Source: Laetmonice hystrix
Lineage: Eukaryota
Direction of reading: 5' to 3'
NCBI GenBank assembly: GCA_965235115.1
Contig: OZ249439.1
Coordinates: forward strand, 8,928,001 to 8,992,000
DNA: 64,000 nt
The notes under the pieces were generated by a model. The model saw only the letters and a program-made list of their open reading frames with translations, was not told the DNA's origin and ran no database searches. Of the stretch, positions 55,388 through 64,000 are shown in pieces; position 1 is the first letter of the stretch, and each line of letters opens with the position of its first letter. The translations under genes and the position numbers were made by a program.

Positions 55388-55629
55388 TCAGGTCTCATTT
55401 AGATAGAAGATGAGAGTCAGCCCCGCTGAGAGGATGAAGTTAAGAGAGGATGATTGACAGGTGGGCGTGGCCTGTCCCTGACTGACAGCTTGTGTGTGTG
55501 CAGTCGTAGTATGTTGTTTTCTTGTTCGACTGTTCCCTTTTGAAGTGGCCCCCTTGCGAACAGTGTATCGGATTGTCGATACATGCGTAGCTCCTTTGTT
55601 CATCACGATGCAGTCCTTCTCTAGACTGT
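55388..55629 (-). CDS. Terminal exon with Thr/Ser-rich spacer and hydrophobic tail (GPI-signal-like)
   Basis: Strong acceptor ttctttttgtctttcag, phase 1, 242 nt to TGA. Translates NSLEKDCIVMNKG...HTTTAHTQAVSQGQATPTCQSSSLNFILSAGLTLIFYLNET*. Confidence 0.8.
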
Positions 55630-56951
55630 CTGAAAGACAAAAAAGAAAACATATTCAATAAGTAATGGTTGAGTAGTGACCTTCTGAGGATATTCCCAAT
55701 GAGGACTTTTTTTTTAAACAGAAAATTACGGTTCCAGGATATTTACACGACGTTAGTCTGGGTGTATACGCAGGCATTTGCCGATATCTATCTACGTATG
55801 TAAATATGTCTGTATGTATACGGATACTATTGATGAATGAGTGGGTATATATGGTTACATCAGTTACTATAGTGTCGGTAACGTTTGGGGGTGAAACATC
55901 GATGCCAATATTCCGCGGGTTGCAAACAATGATATCATGGTCCCTTTATCACAGCCGGCTGGGCGTGTGCAGTGTTTTTCAATTCAACAGACTGCCTTTC
56001 AAGTTAGCAGTATCTGTAAGCTATGATTTCTGTCTCTTCAGATGAGAGTCAAAGATTATTATCCCGCTCCGCTTGCCGACTTTATGATCTTAGAGTTAAC
56101 TGGGGGATTTCCCGGAAACGAAATGTCTGAGTCGTGCCAACTCTCTCAATAAAGAGACGTCTAAAAGAGAAAACAAATCCTGTCTATAATCTAGGTGTGC
56201 CTCTGCGACCTATTAGATGTTGTATAGATTTGGGGGTAGCGATGCTGGTGTTCTCGCAGTGGGACACTGTTGAATTGACTAGGAGGGACCGTGTAAACAA
56301 TTGTTATTTCGATCCAGCACTATGTTTTGCATCTTCTACTAATAGTGCGATGTGTATGGACTTATTCTGTATCGCGCGCAGTGTGCTCCGGCCCAATAAT
56401 TTCTGTCCCATCAATCGTGATCTCTGTCAATGAAAGAATGGTCAGACGTCGAGGCAAACTGCAGATAAAATCAGCAGCGAGGTCCTTCCACGCGGAAATC
56501 AGTCGTGACAATGTAAGCAAAGGTCAACTCGGCATTGCCATTCGTCAGTTAGCCGGTCTACCTCGGCGCGAGCCACGCGACAGGCCAATATAAACTAAGG
56601 AACATGTATTTTTCATTTGCTGCCCAGAAATGCCTATTTAGCGGGGTAATAATGCGCCGGGACAGATGCCTGTCGAGAATATGTAGTCTGGCTGATGATT
56701 TATATTCATCATGTATGAATGCTGGGGTGGTTGGTTGGATGGACAACCCAGCTCGGCGGGACCTGGCATAACAACTCGGTGGTGATCTTACCGCCTCATT
56801 AACACACACCGACTCCCGTCATGCAACAGTCTTCATTCTGCAACACGTTATTAAGACCACTAACAGTAATCTACTTCTGAGGACTGCAATCTGACACTGA
56901 AACCTTTATCACAGTCATACAGACTGAAAGTACGTCTACATGTCTTCTGAT

Positions 56952-57061
56952 CAAGTCGCCCAATGGCTGTGACGTCATAAAATGAGCGATAAAAGATGCT
57001 AATCCCAATCCTATCCCTCATTATCGCTCATTTGGTGACGTCACAATTATTCGGCGACTTG
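56952..57061. mobile_element. Small fold-back (MITE-like) element, intronic
   Basis: caagtcgcc...gtgacgtca.aaatgagcgataa paired with ttatcgctcattt..tgacgtcac...ggcgacttg; arms about 40 bp. Confidence 0.55.
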
Positions 57062-57195
57062 TGCCATGATTTCATAAAGTAAGGGAACAACACATTTCCG
57101 AATTGGTTCGGAGGCTATCACTCACTTTTAATTATAATAATCATATAATTATGTGTATGTAGTTGAGGGTCCGTAATTGCACATCGTTTAGGAAT

Positions 57196-57283
57196 AAAGA
57201 AGTCACTTATGTCTTCCTTCCTAATGGTTCAGGATTAAAGAAGTCACTTATGTCTTCCTTCCTAATGGTTCAGGATTAAAGAA
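57196..57283. repeat. 41-bp tandem duplication, intronic
   Basis: taaagaagtcacttatgtcttccttcctaatggttcaggat x2 plus a partial copy. Confidence 0.9.
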
Positions 57284-58065
57284 TATGTCTTCCTTTCTAA
57301 ATATATAGATAGATCTATGTCATCCACGTATTTAGTCCAGTTTAGCCCAGCTGCGTTCCGACTGAAGTGCTAGTGCTCCTTATACAAATGGTCAGCCTTG
57401 GTCATACTCATTGCCCCTGCACGATTGGTTGCACTCAGATGTTCATCCAATGAGGGGGCACCTGGCTGACTGCCCTCCAACTGTTGCGGAATGTGATTGG
57501 CTCATCCTCAATGGCTGAAGCCCATCTTGACATGCAATCGGAACGCAACACCTAATTATAATCCTTTCTTTGATTGGTGCTCGCACGTACGAAAAGCTGC
57601 GGGTTCGGACTTTTTCTCTTTCTTTAGGGGGCTTATTTCGTATTTTCAAAGGTAAACCGTTTTTCGCGCACTGTTTTGAGGAAAATGCTCGTGGCAATAC
57701 AGATGATCCAAAACGATCCGATTTACTTTGCACTGTTGGCAACGGCATTGGTGTTGAGAATAGCCCCTTGACAACTCGATCAAAATAAAAAAACGCACGA
57801 CGCATCCATATTTTCAATCAGATTTAGGCGGAACTTTTTTTTTTTTGGGGGGGGGGGGGTTGTAACCTGGAGACGGTTGAGGCTTCCCGAATGGATGTCG
57901 ACCTGAGTTATAGGACGGATATTGCTAGGGTCTACATACATATGAAATGAGAATTCCAATAATTAACACAACCTGCACTGATCTAGACTAAACGTTTAGG
58001 TCAGCCCAGGAGGTACCACATCCAATCATGAGACTAATTATTCGGAGGTGGTCAATTACCTACTG

Positions 58066-58310
58066 CTATAGAATATATCCATTACAATAGAATATACCTA
58101 CTGCTATAGAATATACTACTGCTATAGAATAACCTGCTGCTATATATAATATACGTACTGCTATAGAATATACCCACTACAATAGAATATACCTACTGCT
58201 ATAGAATATATCCATTACAATAGAATATACCTACTGCTATAGAATATATCCATTACAATAGAATATACCTACTGCTATAGAATATAATATAATATACGTA
58301 CTGCTATATA
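58066..58310. repeat. AT-rich 19/38-bp minisatellite overlapping the exon 7 donor
   Basis: tacctactgctatagaata alternating with tatccattacaatagaata. Confidence 0.9.
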
Positions 58311-58443
58311 TCTTGAAGATGACTTGGTGAGGTTTGTAGATGTGAGGATCGAGATCCTCTGGTGCCCCGCACTGTGCTCGCCTCAAGATCTCAGCCTGTC
58401 GCCATGGCTCCTTGGGCACATCGTGAGAGTTCATACGTATTAT
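58302..58443 (-). CDS. Exon 7 (visible)
   Basis: Acceptor gctgattgtag, donor gtacgt, 142 nt, phase 0-1. Translates IIRMNSHDVPKEPWRQAEILRRAQCGAPEDLDPHIYKPHQVIFKIYS. The acceptor is weaker than the others but the phases fit both neighbours. Confidence 0.75.
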
Positions 58444-59262
58444 CTACAATCAGCATGGCGAATTATCACAAACAATGCATTATTGCACCATAATCAACAA
58501 TAGCCCACTAACAGACTCCATTTAGGAAGCGTATCTGCGCACATGTTACACCTTCAGAATGTCAGTCAAGATTGACAGCAGATAATACAGTGATAACGGT
58601 GAATCCCATGTAACGTGCCTCACGATCAGGCATGGAACCTTATGAAAGCCTATACAGGAAGTTACCACAGGGGAAAACCCCATACGCTGACACTATTCGA
58701 CGCAATGTGATGCCGATGTCGTGAGTTTAATTGAGCCACTATTGTTTGAGCTATCAATGTCATTACTTTCTAAATTTAGATGAGGTAACAGCATTTCTAG
58801 CGCTTCAACAACGCCGCGTGATTGTCTCAGGGAGCGATGTTTCAATCAAGTGAAAATGGTGAAAACATATCAAGTTCACTTAGCGGAACCTGAGACACTC
58901 AAATTATAGGTTTCTCACGTTGAGATCACTGACAACGACAGCTAATGTTACACTGTTCTGCAAATTTATTTCTAATTTTTATTTTTGCCATGATATTTGA
59001 AGACATGATTCATGCCTTCAGTATTTGACTCATGGACATAGAGAAATACAATGTTCACCTAAGTGCAATCTGTTTTGATTGAAACTAACTTCCTTGTGCC
59101 CATAAATATGTACGTGTGAGTGCTGTACAGGAACTCGTCTCTTCATCCCAACATGTCTTCAGGTTTAGTGTCCATGAATTATTGGCAGGCAGTGTGAGCT
59201 ATGGGTCCCTAACCACGACTCCACTCAATTGGCTAGAAATGGCAGATCGAAGAACTACTCAC

Positions 59263-59357
59263 CCAACAAGCATACTTGGAACTGTCTTCCAACTCTTGCT
59301 TTGTAATCAATAACCGATAATGGTCCTGTAGTGTTATCAGGGACTCGCAGTTGAACT
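59263..59357 (-). CDS. Exon 6 (visible)
   Basis: Acceptor tttctcctgtcacag, donor gtgagt, 95 nt, phase 1-0. Translates EFNCESLITLQDHYRLLITKQELEDSSKYACW. Confidence 0.85.
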
Positions 59358-59660
59358 CTGTGACAGGAGAAACGCAATCTTCTTGCAGACAGCTACGCAA
59401 CACGAAATTCTAATTAACAAACCTAGACTGACAATCCTTTCATTTTAGCGGTGATCTTCTAAATCATGTTGAATCTAGTGTTTTTAAGCGATATATTGGA
59501 TGATTGGAAAATTACACTTAATCCGGGGACATCTCAGAATTAGTTACGAAATGTTTCCTTTAAGTTTTAGGAAATATAGCTTCAGTAACGTTACTATACT
59601 TATGTAAAATATATAAAAGGTTGACCTTCAGGTACTTAGAACGTGGGCAAACGGTAGTGC

Positions 59661-60557
59661 AAACAACGTAAGCTTACGCTGGTACAAACAACGTGAGCTT
59701 ACGCTGGTACGAACAACGTAAGCTTACGCTGGTACAAACAACGTAAGCTTACGCTGGTACAAACAACGTGAGCTTACGCTGGTACGAACAACGTGAGCTT
59801 ACGCTGGTACGAACAACGTGAGCTTACGCTGGTACAAACAACGTAAGCTTACGCTGGTACAAACAACGTCAGCTTACGCTGGTACAAACAAGGGGAGCTT
59901 ACGCTGGTACGAACAACGTGAGCTTACGCTGGTACAAACAACGTGAGCTTACGCTGGTACAAACAACGTAAGCTTACGCTGGTACAAACAACGTGAGCTT
60001 ACGCTGGTACAAACAACGTAAGCTTACGCTGGTACAAACAACGTGAGCTTACGCTGGTACAAACAAAGGGAGCTCACGCTCGTACAAACAACGTGAGCTT
60101 ACGCTGGTACAAACAACGTGAGCTTACGCTGGTACAAACAGGGGGAGCTTACGCTGGTACAAACAGGGGGAGCTTACGCTGGTACAAACAACGTGAGCTT
60201 ACGCTGGTACGAACAACGTGAGCTTACGCTGGTACAAACAAGGGGAGCTCACGCTGGTACAAACAACGTGAGCTTACGCTGGTACAAACAACGTGAGCTT
60301 ACGCTGGTACAAACAACGTGAGCTTACGCTGGTACAAACAACGTGAGCTTACGCTGGTACAAACAACGTGAGCTAACGTTGATACACGCACTCTAAGCTT
60401 ACTCACTCTGCACCCAATCTGAACTTACCCTGGTACACCCAACCTGAGCTTATCCTGGTACACCCAATCTGAGCTTACCCTGGTACACCCAACCTGAGCT
60501 TCCCCTGGTAAATCCAACCTGAGCTTACGCTGGTACACCCAAACTAAGCTTACCCTG
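59661..60557. repeat. 25-bp minisatellite (about 35 copies) overlapping the exon 5 donor
   Basis: acaaacaacgtgagcttacgctggt, grading into cccaacctgagcttaccctggta next to the exon. Confidence 0.95.
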
Positions 60558-60739
60558 GTGCTCGAGAGACTCGCTGTTTTTACAGGACCGAAATGAGAGA
60601 GCCATTTTGGTGGAGATTGAGCAGGAGAAGGGGTTCCAGTCGGAGAGTGTAGCGTGGCAGGAACGCCCGTCCGGGAAGATAGCGTTCACGGCCACTAGAC
60701 CACCCAGACCACACTTGTTGGCCTCCAGACGCGCCGTGG
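60554..60739 (-). CDS. Exon 5 (visible)
   Basis: Acceptor gtttgctgcag, donor gtaagc, 186 nt, phase 1-1. Translates STARLEANKCGLGGLVAVNAIFPDGRSCHATLSDWNPFSCSISTKMALSFRSCKNSESLEHQ. Confidence 0.85.
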
Positions 60740-61439
60740 CTGCAGCAAACAGACCATTCCAACAATCACCACACAGGCGTTATCACCTTATTATTTAATG
60801 TGTCGTTTCAACAACGTTTTAACAATATCATGTTGCGTAGTTATAAAAAGATGGTGTCATGAAATGATACGACAAAGTGGTTTTTGAAGTCACGCACAAC
60901 TACAATTTGCTAATCTCACGAACGCGTGTAGCGTGTACGTTTCAGATCCCGGATCTGGTCGACCATCAGTCCATTAGGACTTAAATCAAGCAGTTCACTT
61001 GCTCTCCGCTAGGGCCGTCAGTTCTATTGTGATCTCCTAGGTGGCGCTGTGCACATTGTACCTCTCCATCACCCAGCAGTTCTTTGCCCATGATTACGTG
61101 CTACCGTAATTATCCAAATTCTTTGAACAACTGACAGTAGCCTAATTGGAAAAGACCTCGGCAAATTATTTTTCGTTGCAATCATGAGGACAACTGCCTT
61201 GATATTTACATCAGTACTCAATGTACTTTTTGTACCAATCTCATTAAGGTTCTGCCTAGAAAGTGCTTTACTTTTTGATCGCCATCTCCGTTCAGGAAAC
61301 GGCGATCTGTAAGATTGTGTGATGATGGAGACGTAATATCAAATATCTATTTCTGGACAAAAATCAATTGAAAACTTAATGATAACTATAATAGCCACAG
61401 CATATTACATGATAAAACTAGAGAATGAGGTATACATAC

Positions 61440-61544
61440 ACATCATCGCCTTCAGGTGTTCACTTCTAAACCTGCCCCCGACCGGGAAAGGGTCGTCCTC
61501 GAACTCACAGAGTGAGAAAGACCTATCTATTCGGTCACTTTTAG
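61440..61544 (-). CDS. Exon 4 (visible)
   Basis: Acceptor ttttctcttgcag, donor gtatgt, 105 nt, phase 1-1. Translates SKSDRIDRSFSLCEFEDDPFPVGGRFRSEHLKAMM. Confidence 0.85.
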
Positions 61545-61830
61545 CTGCAAGAGAAAAGGTTGCTAATAAATGTTCACTCAGTAGGAGTGTCAACGTTTTA
61601 AAACAAACTGAGAGCAAATAGTGAGAGACTGGAACTGTGGTAGTTGCATAGGATTTTTTTGGACAAGTTTAAAGCCTGCACAGTACTTCTTTAAGAGTTC
61701 AGTTTTTGGCTCAAGAAAATGAAAATCTACGTCGTTGGCCCAATCATTGTTAGCCATGTATTGTTGTGGCGGAAAGACTAGGTAATATCATATATGTCGG
61801 GTGATGTATAGAGCACAATGGTCTACCCAC

Positions 61831-61898
61831 ATAAACGGAACCGGAGGATATTTCCATTATCTTCATAGACAAAGTTGACACAGGTAAACCGGGGCCGG
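61831..61898 (-). CDS. Exon 3 (visible)
   Basis: Acceptor tctctgctgcag, donor gtgggt, 68 nt, phase 2-1. Completes NNG-C and reads RPRFTCVNFVYEDNGNILRFRL. Not in the ORF track. Confidence 0.85.
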
Positions 61899-63021
61899 CT
61901 GCAGCAGAGAACATCGCAGGAAATTAGCGATAAATGGTGACAAGTATTAGATACAGAGTGAGACATAGGTAATATTATGCCCTAGTGAAATTCTGAAAAA
62001 TAAATAAATAAATAATGGATGATTCAGTGGCAGTGATCATGTTAATATGTTGGTCACCTCGGCCCAAGTTACCGTGGGGAGTTGCGCTGGTTTACAGACA
62101 ACCATTTCTGTCATTGTACATTATGATTCGTGTCATAGTCGTCGGCATCCTCCCCCGGTGTTCGAAGCGCAGTGAGCGAGATGCTGAAATCAGGGGAGCT
62201 AAACTTTGGAATTTCGCGTGTTAAACCGTATCAAGTCAGAGTTCTACAAACTGTATTGTTAGGGAGGGACACATTTGTTTATCAGCCAACTGGGCAAGGC
62301 TATCAGGCATTTTTGCGAGAAGTAAGCCTTCGGTGAGGACCGTTAGTGCGGGTGGAGCGACGATGACAGGTCCTATTAATATTCATAAGGTTGACCTCAG
62401 GGTCAACTACTGCCCGGTTAGCATGGGCTGAGCTCAAGGGGTAGAATGCAGGATGCGCGATGCCCCTTGACAACTCAAGATGAGTCGTAGGATAGGACAC
62501 TGTGCATAGGTTTCTTGCCATGATGGCTTTTACGACTTACGCTAAACACACCCACAGTAGTATACAAAATGGCAGTTCTGGACCTGGGGCCATAAGGAGC
62601 CAAAGCAGTAGGCCTATAACTATGGCTCCTCTCTTGGCTCCTACTGGCTCCTGACCAACAACTGCCATTTTATATACTACTGTGGTTGTGTTAACGACCC
62701 CAAAAGTAATGCAGTGAATAGGACTGAACAGTGAACAGTGGTGTGAACAGAAAGAGGCCAACATAAATTGCCATAAGCTCATGCTCACTGTTTTGCTCAC
62801 TGTTTTCGTTTTTTGTGGTGTTTTTCCGCGAGCTTGCTCACCATGAGTACGCCTCATGGAAAAAAGTAACCCTAAAAAAACAAGAAAACGGTGAGAATGA
62901 GCTCATGCTCACCCTTGCTCAGCTCAGCTCACCCTTGCTCACGGTGGAAAAATAAACAAAAAAACGGGCCCAGGTCTATAGCTGCTGGGATGGAGCACCT
63001 TATGATATAAACAATGCCTAC

Positions 63022-63223
63022 CAGCCGTTGTTTAAGACGCTGATAGTCTTGTAATTGCTTTCCTCCCAGTGCTTCCCCTTGCAGATGTACGAGCCGAGCG
63101 TCGTGAAGTTGAGAAAGCCGGCACTGATTCTCACCTCCTGGCGAGAAGAGTCCTCGTACAACAACCATTCCCCTTGGTATTCGTTCGGGAAATGGCACTC
63201 GGGGGACATTGACGGTGCTAATT
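63022..63223 (-). CDS. Exon 2 (visible): start of Cys-rich module
   Basis: Acceptor tgttttccag, donor gtaggc, 202 nt, phase 1-2. Translates LAPSMSPECHFPNEYQGEWLLYEDSSRQEVRISAGFLNFTTLGSYICKGKHWEESNYKTISVLNNG. Confidence 0.88.
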
Positions 63224-63649
63224 CTGGAAAACAGGACAAAAACATATTGTTAGCTTGTATGTCAGACCTGTGACCATCAAAAGGCCAGCTAATTTAGCAA
63301 GATCTGTCTTTCAGGGGAAAATGAGCATGAGGCCGACGACAGATGAGCCACAGCACACGCGCTGCATGACGGACCGTCATTACGTCACAATTACCCCGGC
63401 AACCGGATTCCGACGTCATTGGTACAAGACCAGCGTTGTTTGCAGGTAGGCAGACCGTACCTTATTCTGCAGGCAATAACTTTGCTAATTAAGATCCCTT
63501 TAGGAATATCAAAATATACGGTATTACAAGGGTTCCTGCAGGCGTTACTCCGCCCATAAATTGTAAGCAAGATCTTAAGTTTTTACGAACTGGGCCCTGA
63601 AACCCTGCATTATGTAGGCTATGTCAGAACGTTCAATAAGGCCAAAGCC

Positions 63650-63780
63650 CAGTGGCGGATCCAAGGGGGCAGCCATTTTTTTCTTTTTTCTTCATTGAAC
63701 TTACTAAATTGGCCATGCTAACCCCCCAAGCAAATTGTCCCCCTTAAGCCCCCCTTACTAAAATTCTGGATCCGCCCCTG
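63650..63780. mobile_element. Short MITE, same family, copy 3, intronic
   Basis: cagtggcggatcca ... tggatccgcccctg. It sits about 23 nt into the intron after the ShKT exon donor. Confidence 0.7.
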
Positions 63781-63803
63781 GAAAGCCTGCCAACCACACT
63801 TAC

Positions 63804-63926
63804 TGCACAGACCACAAGACTTCTTGCAGTGGTTGCCAAACTGATGTAGACCTCCGTTTGTGCACCTTCCCTCCTTGGCGATCTGTTCACAAACCTCGCG
63901 CGATTCATCGTAACACACACCCGACT
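63804..63926 (-). CDS. Exon (first visible) of ShKT + Cys-rich secreted/GPI-like protein; encodes the ShKT domain
   Basis: Acceptor tttctgacag, donor gtaagt, 123 nt, phase 1-1. Translates SGVCYDESREVCEQIAKEGRCTNGGLHQFGNHCKKSCGLC, the six-Cys ShKT spacing with the CKKSCGLC end. Upstream exons lie outside the window. Confidence 0.9.
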
Positions 63927-64000
63927 CTGTCAGAAACACAACGTACAACACGTGACATCCGGTCCGGGTGTAGAGAACATAGGCTTGAATAGTGTCACAA

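Noticed and set aside
1347-60557. Repeat arrays as CRISPR arrays
   Set aside because: Units are contiguous with no unique spacers, there are no cas genes, and the context is eukaryotic.

Overview
Eukaryotic, intron-rich animal genomic DNA. An invertebrate bilaterian is likely (inference from the ShKT exon and the repeat landscape); the species cannot be determined from the sequence. There are four sized N-gaps. One gene could be reconstructed by hand with fully consistent splice phases: a minus-strand, 5'-incomplete gene of 8 exons (63926 to 55388, about 386 codons in the window). It encodes an ShKT domain, a Cys-rich module (C-x-FP...G-x-W...NGCRPRFTC...) and a hydrophobic, GPI-signal-like C-terminus. 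The rest of the window is dominated by about 20 unrelated minisatellite arrays (about 10.5 kb, roughly 16%). It also holds a frameshifted Tc1/mariner remnant, a 5'-truncated I-group LINE with an 11-bp TSD, a hAT-type MITE with an 8-bp TSD and several other MITE-like inverted repeats. Most long ORFs in the supplied track are repeat artefacts. No CRISPR array, rRNA or tRNA was recognised. The most unusual pattern is that several minisatellites are tandem copies of exon-intron junctions: two cases are confirmed by the gene model and several more are candidates. An intronic multi-hairpin element and a duplicated acceptor/micro-exon pair also merit follow-up. I cannot claim a proven new system.
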